DNA of 63,693 nucleotides, counting the filler, from Dugesia japonica (Eukaryota), in the NCBI GenBank assembly GCA_001938525.1. It is 6 parts of 6 records of this genome, joined end to end, with 100 filler letters (N's around TTAATTAATTAA, not from the genome) between each part and the next. Parts side by side here need not be neighbours in the genome. Positions count along the whole stretch, not along the records: positions 9,072 to 21,058 come from MQRL01511914.1; positions 21,159 to 31,922 come from MQRL01507852.1; 4 more parts are not named here. The stretch is one strand, 5' to 3'. Position 1 is the stretch's first letter. The number at the start of each line of letters is the position of its first letter. Of this stretch, positions 13,051-24,700 are shown in pieces. The notes beneath the pieces were generated by a model, which saw only the letters and a program-made list of their open reading frames with translations, was not told where the DNA came from and searched no databases. A program made the position numbers and the translations under genes.

Positions 13051-14795
13051 ATCAAAGATATGAATTATTGTAATACGGGAACAAAATCAGTAAATATGCT
13101 AGATATAAACTGTAAACCAAATTCGTTAGATAATGTGACACCATTAACAATAACTACCGACATGTCTCCTCTTTCAACAAGTGATAGTGCGATTGAAGAA
13201 ATCAGCATTACAACAAATGGACATATTTTCAATCCAATTGTAGGAAAATCGTCGGATTGTAGTTTTACTTCAAGTGATATTATTCTTACAAGAATGAAAT
13301 CTATAGATTCTGCTGTATGTAGTATGTTTACTCCTTCTTCATCATTGCAATTATCTCCCTCATCGCAAATTGGATCGTCGTATGGAATATACGATTCAAA
13401 TTCCAGTAATAACACAAATAATGAATCAAATCCACCAAATGAATCATCAGGATTCATTGATTCTCATCATCATTCTGCAAATAATCAAATAAAAAGTCGC
13501 TTCATATTGGAAGAAAACTCATCCACGTCTATGAATAACAACAATATTTCCTCTAATATTAATTATTCCACCGCTTCAACATCAAATGGAGATGAACACA
13601 ATCCAAATTATCTTGGAAATGCTAATTGTATCCAATCTAACTATCGGGATTTTATATCAATGTCTAAAGAATATGGGACTTCATCTGATCCCATGATGTC
13701 AGCGAATATAAATCAGAATCCTGGATTTCTAATGAACAATAAAATTAATAGCAGTATTGATAATGTTATGACATGGCAAAACCAAAATTATCGATACGAA
13801 ACTGGTGATAATAATAAAGACGACAAAATTAACATGATGAACGTTAATTGGGGCTATGATGAAAATAGTGGATTCAATAATTTCAATGCAATATCAGCAC
13901 TAAATCATTTATTTGCCAGTAATCCTGGTAAACGTCCAATAACTGGAGGCCATAGTATAGTGCAATCAAATGTTCCACAAGGCCCACAAATCAATCAATA
14001 TAATATCCGACCGCAAAATATTTCATGGAATTGTTACGGGGCTGCTAACAATCTGACTGGCTCGATGCCTGCAGGTTCAGCATCAACCAGTTCTGGCTCA
14101 AACAATATCAAGCTGCCCAGTACACAACAACAACAGCAACAACAACCTAATAATCCATGGAATCAAGCTCTCGTTAATCAAAAGCTCGGATTAGCACCTG
14201 CTCCAGTCAATGCAATGAATCTTGGCAGTTTTCCCCAAATGAACAACAAACTGATAAACAACATGAATATTATGCCAATCGGTAACAATTCAAATAAAAA
14301 AATCGTCCAACAACGCAATCTTGTTAACAGTCCGCAAAATCCTCAATCCACTAACAGCATCAATTCAACTAATAATCTTAATAATAATAATAATAATAAT
14401 AACACACAAATGGCTAAATCGGTCATTAATGGTAATTGTAATACCAAATCACAAAATTTTGATTTGAATACATCAAATCAGAATTTAGCGCTCAACGCGT
14501 CAGGAGATGGATCGATGTACGATACAATAAATTCAACAAATTTTAACTATTTAGATAAAATGTCATCAACTGATAACATGAAAATTAGTTTTGATCCACA
14601 ATTGTTCGAAGTGTTGCGTAATCTTGAATCGAAAACTGCTAATATGAATCTTGATGATAATTCATTATCGAATATTCTTCCAGGAGAACAATTTAATAAT
14701 AATGTAATGAAAAATATGAGTCCATTTATGTTCCCTTCACTTTCCCAAAGAGAAGAAAGGTATTCTCGAAAAGTATTTGTTGGTGGACTGCCACC
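13051..14795 (+). CDS. CPEB2: CPEB2/3/4 (Orb2-type) cytoplasmic polyadenylation element-binding protein: large N-terminal exon running into RRM1, ends in a gap
   Basis: 590-aa ORF, low complexity in N/S/Q, ending EERYSRKVFVGGLP(P), diagnostic of CPEB2-4. Splice acceptor TGTAG at 13046-13050, so an upstream exon is possible. Confidence 0.93.
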
Positions 14796-17429
14796 NNNNN
14801 NNNNNNNNNNNNNNNNNNNNNNNNNNNAATAATAATAGTAATAATAATAATAAAAATAGTAATAACAATAAAATTAATAATGATATTAATAATAATAAAT
14901 AATAATAAGAATTATAATAATAATTAATATTAATAAAAATAGTAATAATNNNNNNNNNNNNNNNNNNNNNNNNNNNNNNNNNNNNNNNNNNNNNNNNNNN
15001 NNNNNNNNNNNNNNNNNNNNNNNNNNNNNNNNNNNNNNNNNNNNNNNNNNNNNNNNNNNNNNNNNNNNNNNNNNNNNNNNNNNNNNNNNNNNNNNNNNNN
15101 NNNNNNNNNNNNNNNNNNNNNNNNNNNNNNNNNNNNNNNNNNNNNNNNNNNNNNNNNNNNNNNNNNNNNNNNNNNNNNNNTTAATTGAAAAAATTAATTA
15201 ATATCGAAATTTTAGAATTGAAAATAATTCACACATTTACATTGATAAAAAATTTTCTTTTAAAAGATATTTTATTAAAATATTAGTCCAAGTCAGCAAT
15301 TAAATTTATGCAAATACATATAAAATTTATTATCTTATTAAGTAATTTAAAAAATGAAAAATTGGTTTTGAAGATCGATTCCTTTGTATTAACAACAATA
15401 CATTTTTTTGATTAGTTAATGCTGTGGTACCTAACGTTACACTGATTTGAATCAATCACTGAGTTTTATGTTCACTGAATTTTTTTTTTAAGATAAAATG
15501 TCTTCAAAAGTATTGAATTTTCTTTAACTTTTCCATTAGTAATAAATATTTTCTAAGGAAACGTGTTTTTACCAGTAATATTTTTGATAATTTACAATGA
15601 AAACTCCAATAAAAATTTTTACGTAAATATTTATAAACAGTTTATCACATTAAGTCCAGTCCTCACGAGAATTCATTAATATTACTATTAGAAACAAGAA
15701 CTGTTGTCAGTATTAATTCATTCCAACCTTGATTAGTCAGCAGAACATTTGATATGAAATCAATTATTACTTGACAATAATTTCCAATTGTCATAAATAC
15801 CAACGATTGCTGTAATTAATAATAATTATCCCTAACCCCAGTTAATGATATAACTAATCTTTTATTCATCAACAATTAACTCAAATGGATATTTTATAAT
15901 TGAATATTCTATCCAGTGTTATTTTCGAAAATAAATATTTTTGTTCAATTAAATATTAATTATTTTGTCCAAAAACATTGTCACAAATAATAAACTCTAT
16001 TATATAGACATCCAATTTTACAGCAGAAAGATTTCTTAAACTATTCTGTTAGGTTTGAAAAATTANNNNNNNNNNNNNNNNNNNNNNNNNNNNNNNNNNN
16101 NNNNNNNTTTCCTTAGCATGAATTTGATCATTTACATTTATATCATAAATTGTTTGTATTGCATGTTAAAACATGTAACATTGAACTTATCAACACAAAA
16201 CTCATTTTGGTGTGAGTAAGAAATACACAATATTGTCGATAAAGAGAATGAGATTTTCCATTTAGATAGAAATAAGTAGGATTAATGACGAAATTTACGA
16301 CTGCAATGCAAACAGTATTTACAATTTTTCATCAAATAAATTGCAAATTGATTTTCTATATTTACATTATTACTCATAATATTTGTAATAATATTGTTAC
16401 AGTAAATTTACAGTTTTTAGTTTAAATAATACTTTAACAAGTTCGCAAAATTATGACAAAAGAAATTCTTAAACATTAAAAATGTTAAAAAATATATTTC
16501 TTTTAATTTTTATTTGATAAATTCAAGTTTTAAACTTGAATTTAAAAGTCATAAAAAAAATCAAAATTTCATTTAAAGGATTTTTTTCCAGAATTTTTAT
16601 TTTTTCTATTTCATGAAAATTCTAATAATGCAAATTAATTAAAAAAATTTTTTATTATAACATTCAATTTTTGCGTAAAAATATTAAGTGATTATATTTT
16701 AGGAATTTTTAGAGTTATTAAAAAATTTTGATCTTTTATATTTTATATAAAATAATGTAAATTGATTAAAGATGAAAAACGACATTATTGATTTACTCAT
16801 TAATATATAAAATATATAAATAAAATTTTACAGCTATATTATGTAATATAATTTTCTAATTATAAAATCATGATTATTTTACTTATTCAGGTGTGCTAAA
16901 GTTTTTAATTATGTTTGCTTTCAGTTTTTACCTGCGCATAAACCTTCACTTTTCGGATTTTATAAACACTAATATTTATTACATCTATATTTATAATTTG
17001 TTCTATTTCTCATCATTTCATTTTTCTAAAATCGAGTAGATATATTTTTCACATCTAAATAATTTGTTATTGGAAAACTCAATGAAATTATTTATTAGAA
17101 ATATTTATTTATATTTATCAAATATTAAAATCATCGCAACGATATAACACATCTAATTAAGTGAATTTTCTGAAATAATTTTGGTTGAAAAATAGTTGTA
17201 GCTATGAATATTTTATTGTGCAAAATGAAATATTAATTAATTATAATCCATTAGAAAAAATTAGTAATAATTAATTAAATTAGTACAATATTTTCAAACT
17301 AACCACTTGATAATTTTAATGAAATTGACAAATATGATATGGATTCATTTATTTAAAAACTTTGAAATGTTACAGAATTACTGTAACAGAAAAAAGTAAG
17401 ATTTGATTTAAACTAAAACGTTTTTATTA

Positions 17430-17809
17430 GAAGCCATTCATTAATTATGTCAACGAAATCTGTGGAGAGGGTTTGGAGAAATTTTGCAACTGTTAACGAG
17501 GGGTGTCCAAGATAAATATGACGTCAACAATTGTTTTACGATAAGTCTAATAAATCAAAATAATTAATTGGTGTTTTGATATTGTACACACAAATTAGCT
17601 TATCCGCAGCCCACCATACGTCAGAGGTTTTGAAGAAACAATAGTTTTGTAATAATTTTAATTTTCATTGTTTTTTAGCATTAAAGACATTTGTGGATGG
17701 GGTAAACATTTGTTGACATAATTTAATAAGAGGGTCACTGAAAGCTTGGCACTTGTTGAGAAGCAGGGCAGGGGTTTAAAAATTGTTGACATAATTAATG
17801 GACGGTCTC
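17430..17809. mobile_element. PIF/Harbinger-type MITE (380 bp) in CPEB intron
   Basis: 25-bp TIR GAAGCCATTCATTAATTATGTCAAC vs GAGACCGTCCATTAATTATGTCAAC (21/25); perfect TTA TSD at 17427-17429 and 17810-17812. Confidence 0.85.
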
Positions 17810-18151
17810 TTAATATAAATATGGGATCAAATTTGGAATTAATTTTCTGAATTATGGTAATATGACGTTAAAGTAGATTGTTTTCTTATGCACAAATTTT
17901 AGAGATATATAAACTGCCAAAATTTACATTTAATTATAATAAATTTTTAAATGAAAAATCAAATATCAATCGATTTCTTTATTTTCTCTGTAATTGATAT
18001 CTCAAATACAAATATCATTTCATTTTAAATTGTCATGGGGTAAAAACAAACCACATATTGATGATGATGATTATCAACAAAAAAATTTTAATAAAACTTT
18101 TAAATAAATATTAAATAAAATATAGGGAAAAGATTGATTTATGTATTTCAG

Positions 18152-18241
18152 AAGAAATTACTGCTGCTTTTAAGCGATTTGGAACACTAGTCGTGGATTG
18201 GCCTCACAAAGCCGAAAGTAAATCATATTTTCCACCAAAAG
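18152..18241 (+). CDS. CPEB2: CPEB2-type RRM1 exon (90 nt)
   Basis: TTTCAG|..EITAAFKRFGTLVVDWPHKAESKSYFPPKG|GTAATT. Confidence 0.96.
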
Positions 18242-18344
18242 GTAATTGTCAATTTATTTTGTAAAATAAAATTCGATTCATACATAATTTTAAATTATCA
18301 TTAAACTAGTTTTCTCCCATATTTTTAAATTGCCCTTGATTCAG

Positions 18345-18463
18345 GCTATTGCTTTCTGTTGTTTCAAGACGAAATATCAGTTCAGAATTTAATCGATGCA
18401 TGCATAATGGATGAAAATAAATATTATTGGTGTGTTTCTTCTCCAACAATTAAGGACAAACCG
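18345..18463 (+). CDS. CPEB2: CPEB2-type RRM1 exon (119 nt); RRM2 and ZZ exons not in this scaffold
   Basis: TTCAG|GYCFLLFQDEISVQNLIDACIMDENKYYWCVSSPTIKDKP|GTGAGT. Confidence 0.96.
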
Positions 18464-21058
18464 GTGAGTATTATATCGATAATTTGTTGTAATTCGAAAA
18501 TCCATTATTGAATAAATTATCTAAAATCAATGATTTTCTTATAGATAAACATTCTAAAAATTTTTTTTTTGCTTTTCAATTGCACATTTTTATTTTTAAT
18601 CGACAATGTGTTGTTTCATATGACATATGGCCGATTTGAAATCAATAGCATATGGTATATTCAAAATATATCATGATGTGAAATTGACAATTTAAAACTA
18701 ATCACCAATCAATAATTTTCTAGATGTCTATAACAAGAATTTCAATATATTCTTTTTTCAAACTATTTGTTTAAAATATAATTATTCTAATAATATATTT
18801 CTATTAAATTTCGAACAATATTTATAATAATACATTCAGATTTTATTTATGTTTTATGTTAATTAATAATCCCTTGAGAAAATATATCGCTACAGTTAAT
18901 TATTTGTAAATTAGCAATCGATTCAGTACAATATTTCACATCCGAATTTCGTTCGTAACTGATGTGTTTTTGTGCATTTAGCACAATATTGTGAATTAAT
19001 AAAAAGAATATACAAGTTTTCTTAGAAATTAATCTATTAATTATGCAGATTTCAATATGAGCTGTGTCTTAGGTAATGTAAATTATAATCGTTGTCTACT
19101 GATTAGTGCAAACATCGTCACCTGAATCTTGATGCTGGATGCGTGTGTTTACTTTATACATGACACATTGATGCAGTATATTTGATATTCTGTCAGATGA
19201 GTAATTGAGACGGTTTATTAATTAGCTCGCTTCTGTTTCGATGACTAATGATGTAATATCCCCAGAAAAATTACCAAACCGAATCGGTTTAAGTTCATTT
19301 TATTTAATGTTTTCATTCAAAATAATTTGTGTGGTTCATTATTAAAGTCAGGTAGAAATTATAATGTATTCATCAAACAATTGAAGTTTTTTATAAAGTC
19401 ATAATTTCACGTTACAGGAACTACTATTGTTCTTTTGAACTCATAGCAGTTTTCATTTCAAACGGAATATAATTAAATAAATAAAACAATGTATTCATAT
19501 TTGTTTTTGTGAGTAAAATTACATACAATATTTTATAAAAGCAAATATTTAAATAAAAATTTATTATATTTCTATGTACTTTAAAAATTCCATTTTTTTC
19601 AAAAAATTCTATTGGTTAAATAAGAGACATTAAAAATTATCGAGAAAATAAATTTTCAAACTGACAATTCAATATTCATTTGGTACTAAAAAAATATCAG
19701 AATGTTGCACACCCTTCGAACAGAAATGACTGTAACAACTATATGCTTTATGGGAAGTTTAATGATTTCAACAAGAAATAAAATAAATCAAATGTTTTAA
19801 TGTCTGCTAGTATTTTTGTATCCCATTAGACACACAAACATTGTTTCAATATTTTTGATTTGGCATGACTGCCAACGATATTGAGATAAGGGATAGAAAA
19901 TTACGATTATTTCCTTTCACTGTTTATAATAGAGAATGTGTGTAATCATTGGTAGTTACAAAAAATCAATAGCTTGCAATAGATGATTGGCGTTGTCGTT
20001 TAATGAGAAAATTTCATTCCATTTGAGGTCAAATTATTCCTATCTGTCCTCAGTCAGGTCACATAACTGTTTATAATTATTTTGCTGTTAGAATGGAATT
20101 AAATATTCGATTTATATTTAGTATTGGAATATATTTTAATTTTTAAAATTCATTTTATAACATAAAAATAAATTGATAGAACTCTGATAAGCATAAATAT
20201 TTTGGTAGATAATCGCTTTTGATAATTTTTATAATTTTAACAATAATTTTATAATATATTAATGAACTTTATGAACAACAAATCAAATAGTCTGATAAAT
20301 ATATTGCCTAAAAATTAAATTGAAGTTTTAAAGAAAATATTTAAAAACAAATGATTATAAATAATAGTTAAAATAAAGTATCCATAAATTATTTATTAAT
20401 AGTGTGTACCCTGATTCAATTGATAAAGGATTAAAAGTAGTATTAAGCCATAAACTATTAGCAAACAGTTCACAATTCTGTAACACGTTTAACAGCAATT
20501 TCATAATTTTCTATAAAAGTTTGACTCTTATATAAAAATAGGGTCTTACTATCTTTTAAATTTTTTCTGTTATTCAGAACTGATTTTAAGACTTCATAAA
20601 TATTTGATAATGGCATTATAAATATAGAATTTGGTGTTGTATTTAATAGTGTGTCGAAAAGATTTATCCAGAATATACAAGAAAAAACGCAATTTTTTAA
20701 AAGTTTTATTTGCAAGTCAGGTTTCTGACATATCTATGTCCATCATTAGTTATTGTTGTAAAATAAGAGAGGAAAGTGTTTATATACTGGCCAATAAACC
20801 TGTTACGTAATCAATGTAATAATAAAGAGAAAATAAATTTACAAGTGAATGTGTGTCAATTTGAGTATTAAGAATCGGATCATACAACTTAATTCTCAAA
20901 GCCTCACACGTAACTATTTCAAGATAAAAACCAAAACCGCTATTCAAAACTCTAAATTCATCGATGCTTATGTTTTGTCACTATTTGGAGGAAATAATAA
21001 TGAAAGATTTTGTTTATTTCATAGAATAGTTATAGACAAATGTTTTGCGGACTCAAAA

Positions 21059-21158
21059 NNNNNNNNNNNNNNNNNNNNNNNNNNNNNNNNNNNNNNNNNN
21101 NNTTAATTAATTAANNNNNNNNNNNNNNNNNNNNNNNNNNNNNNNNNNNNNNNNNNNN
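21059..21158. other. Artificial scaffold linker
   Basis: 44N-TTAATTAATTAA-44N. Confidence 0.97.
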
Positions 21159-21393
21159 TATATAAGATTTAATTAATTCTGATGCAAATTAAGAAAAAAA
21201 TTGTATAAATTTTCAATAGTTTCTAATCTTGAAAATAACGAAACTTTTGCTTTCCTTTTGCTCTTATGAATAATTGAAATTCTTTATTTATCAAATCACA
21301 AGAAATTTTATTTTTCACAGTATTTAAACAGAAATGAGTGAACATATCACGCAAATTCATTTAACTTTCAGTGGCACCTAAATGCATGCTAAT

Positions 21394-21459
<66 letters not shown>

Positions 21460-21590
21460 NNNNNNNNNNNNNNNNNNNNNNNNNNNNNNNNNNNNNNNNN
21501 NNNNNNNNNNNNNNNNNNNNNNNNNNNNNNNNNNNNNNNNNNNNNNNNNNNNNNNNNNNNNNNNNNNNNNNNNNNNNNNNNNNNNNNNNN

Positions 21591-21657
<67 letters not shown>

Positions 21658-21701
21658 TGTTTATAATATTTAAACTGATTATATTTTTCTAATTCATTTA
21701 G

Positions 21702-24700
21702 ATTAAAGATGAATCTTTCTTAGAAGATTTGAATAATATTCTTAATTCCGGAGATGTTCCTAATTTGTACAGTTTTGATGATCTTGAACGTATTTATGGT
21801 GATATGAAACCAATAGTTCAAGATTTAGGATTACAAGCCACAAAAACTAATTTATTTTCAGCATACACAAAAAGAGTTAGGATAAATTTACATACAGTGA
21901 TAACTATGAGCCCTATTGGTGAAATATTTAGAGCAAGATTGCGACAATTTCCAGCTCTTGTTAATTGTTGCACAATTGATTGGTTTAGTCAATGGCCTCA
22001 AGAAGCTCTTGAATCAGTCGCATTGAAATTTTTGAACGACATACCTGAACTTGATGTATCGGAAGAGGTTATTAAAGGTCTTATGTATATGTGCAAAGAA
22101 ATTCATCAGTCGGTATCAAATTATTCCGAGAAATATAAGCAAGAACTATCACGATACAATTATGTCACTCCAACTAGTTATTTGGAATTATTGGGAATAT
22201 TTTCTAAAATCTATGCTAAAAAGAAACAAGAAATAAAACTTGCCAGAGATCGTACGAAAAATGGTCTTGACAAATTATTGTATACTGAAGATATTGTGCA
22301 AAAATTACAAGAAGAATTGGAAATAATGAAACCACAGCTGGAACAAGCTGTCGAAGAATCTAAAGCCACAAAAGAAGAAATCGAACGAGATTCTGAGATG
22401 GCCAAGGAAACCCAAATAGTTGTAACAAGAGAAGAAGCTGTTGCCGCTAAAAAGGCAAAAGAATGTGAAATAATTCGGGATGATGCTCAAAGGGATTTAG
22501 ATGAAGCTTTACCAGCATTACAAGAATCATTAGAAAGTTTAAAGAAATTAAACAAAAATGATATTACTGAAGTTAGAGCTATGATGAGACCCCCTGAAGG
22601 TGTCAGGTTAGTTATAGAAACTGTATGTATTATGAAAGAAATTAAACCAAAGAAAATTCAAGGCGATAAACCAGGAGTTAAAATTGATGATTATTGGGAT
22701 GCCGGAAAAGGCTTGCTACAAGATCCAGGAAAATTTCTCGAATCTTTATTTAATTATGATAAAGATAATATTCCAGACGCTGTAATTCAGAAAATAGAAC
22801 CATATATTTCCTCTGAATCGTTCACACCTTCTGCTATAGAAAAGGTAAGTCGGGCATGTACTAGTATTTGTCAATGGGTTAGAGCTATGTACAAATATCA
22901 TTTTGTATCTAAAGGTGTAGCTCCAAAACGAGAGGCATTAGAAAGATCTTCGAAGGAATTAGACCAAACTAAAAAGATTTTAAAAGAAGCTAGAGCGAAA
23001 TTAAAAGCGGTTGAAGATAGAATTTTGGGTTTGCAAGAAAAATTAGAAGCATGCGCTCGTCGTCAAAAAGAATTAGAAAATAAAAGTGATTTATGTGAAG
23101 CAAGATTAACGAGAGCGGATAAGTTAATTGGTGGTTTAAGCAGTGAAAAAATAAGATGGCAAGAATCCGTAATTAATTTAGAATTTTTAATTAATAATAT
23201 TGTTGGAAATGTTCTTGTTTCAGCAGGTTATGTAGCATATTTGGGTACATTTACAGGTGAGTACCGAAACAGTATGTGTCATGAATGGACTGCATCTTTG
23301 AAAACTCACGGAGTTCCACATACTGATAAACCAGCAGCAAATTTAGTTGACACTTTTGGAGATCCAGTAAAAATAAGAAACTGGCAAATTGATGGACTAC
23401 CTAAAGATATGCTATCCATTGAAAATGCCGTTATAGTTGAATTTTCACGAAGATGGCCGTTATTTATAGATCCTCAAGGTCAAGCAAATCGTTGGATAAA
23501 AAATTTACAAAGAGAAAACGGACTTGATGTTATTAAACTATCTGATAAAGACTTTCTAAGAAGCTTAGAAAATGCTATTAGATTTGGAAAACCATGCTTA
23601 ATGGAAAATGTAGGTGAAGAATTAGACCCTGCTTTAGAACCAATTCTATTAAAACAAACATTTAAGCAACAAGGTGCAGTTGTAATAAAATTAGGAGATG
23701 CTATTATTCCATATCATGATGATTTTAGATTTTATATAACAACTAAATTGCCAAATCCTCATTATACTCCCGAGGTATCCACTAAAGTTACTATTGTGAA
23801 TTTCACACTCTCTCCCAGTGGTCTCGAAGACCAGTTATTAGGCATGGTAGTGGCTGAAGAAAGACCAGATTTAGAAGATGCGAAAAACCAGTTAATTGTA
23901 AGTAATGCTAAAATGCGACAGGAACTGAAAGAGATCGAAGATAAAATATTATACAGATTGAGTGTAGCAGAAGGCTCACCAGTTGATGATATAGATTTAA
24001 TTCAAACTTTAGAAGCATCAAAATTGAAATCAAATGAAATAGAAAATAAGGTTATTATTGCTGAACAAACTGAGCGTGATATTGACGAAACAAGAAGTCG
24101 CTATATTCCAGTAGCTGTTAGGACTCAGATTCTATTTTTCTGTGTTGCCGATTTAGCAAAAATCGATCCTATGTATCAGTATTCATTGGAATGGTTTTTG
24201 AATATTTTCAAAAATGGCATCGTTAATGCTGCCAAAGCTGGTAAATTATTTTTTTAACTCTTGATTTTCATTTAATTATTTTCTAGATACTCTTACCGAA
24301 AGGATTGATAACATAAATAACTATTTCACTTTCAGCTTGTATTCTAATGTCTGTCGTAGTTTGTTTGAGAAACATAAACTTCTGTTTTCATTTCTCCTGG
24401 CAACACGTATCTTGCAATATGAAGGAAAAATTGATATGGTAACAATTCTATTCAATACTGTTGATGATAACAGTTTCATATTGATATATAGGCTGAATGG
24501 AGATTCTTACTAGCCGGTGGATCGGTAAAACCTCAAGATTTACCCAACCCAGCTCCGGAATGGATTTCTGATAGGGTTTGGAATGAAATCTTAACTCTGG
24601 CATCATTACCAACATTCAGCAAATTACCAGAGGAATTCATTCATAAATATCTCAGTGATTTCAAAAGAATCTTTGATAGCTTGGAACCACACAGAGAGAA

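Noticed and set aside
13065-13457. 130-aa antisense ORF within CPEB
   Set aside because: Shadow of the Ser/Asn-rich sense frame; no motif.
14800-21058. HDV-like (CPEB3-type) ribozyme in the CPEB introns
   Set aside because: No GC-rich nested double pseudoknot seen; the introns are AT-rich with MITEs and gaps.
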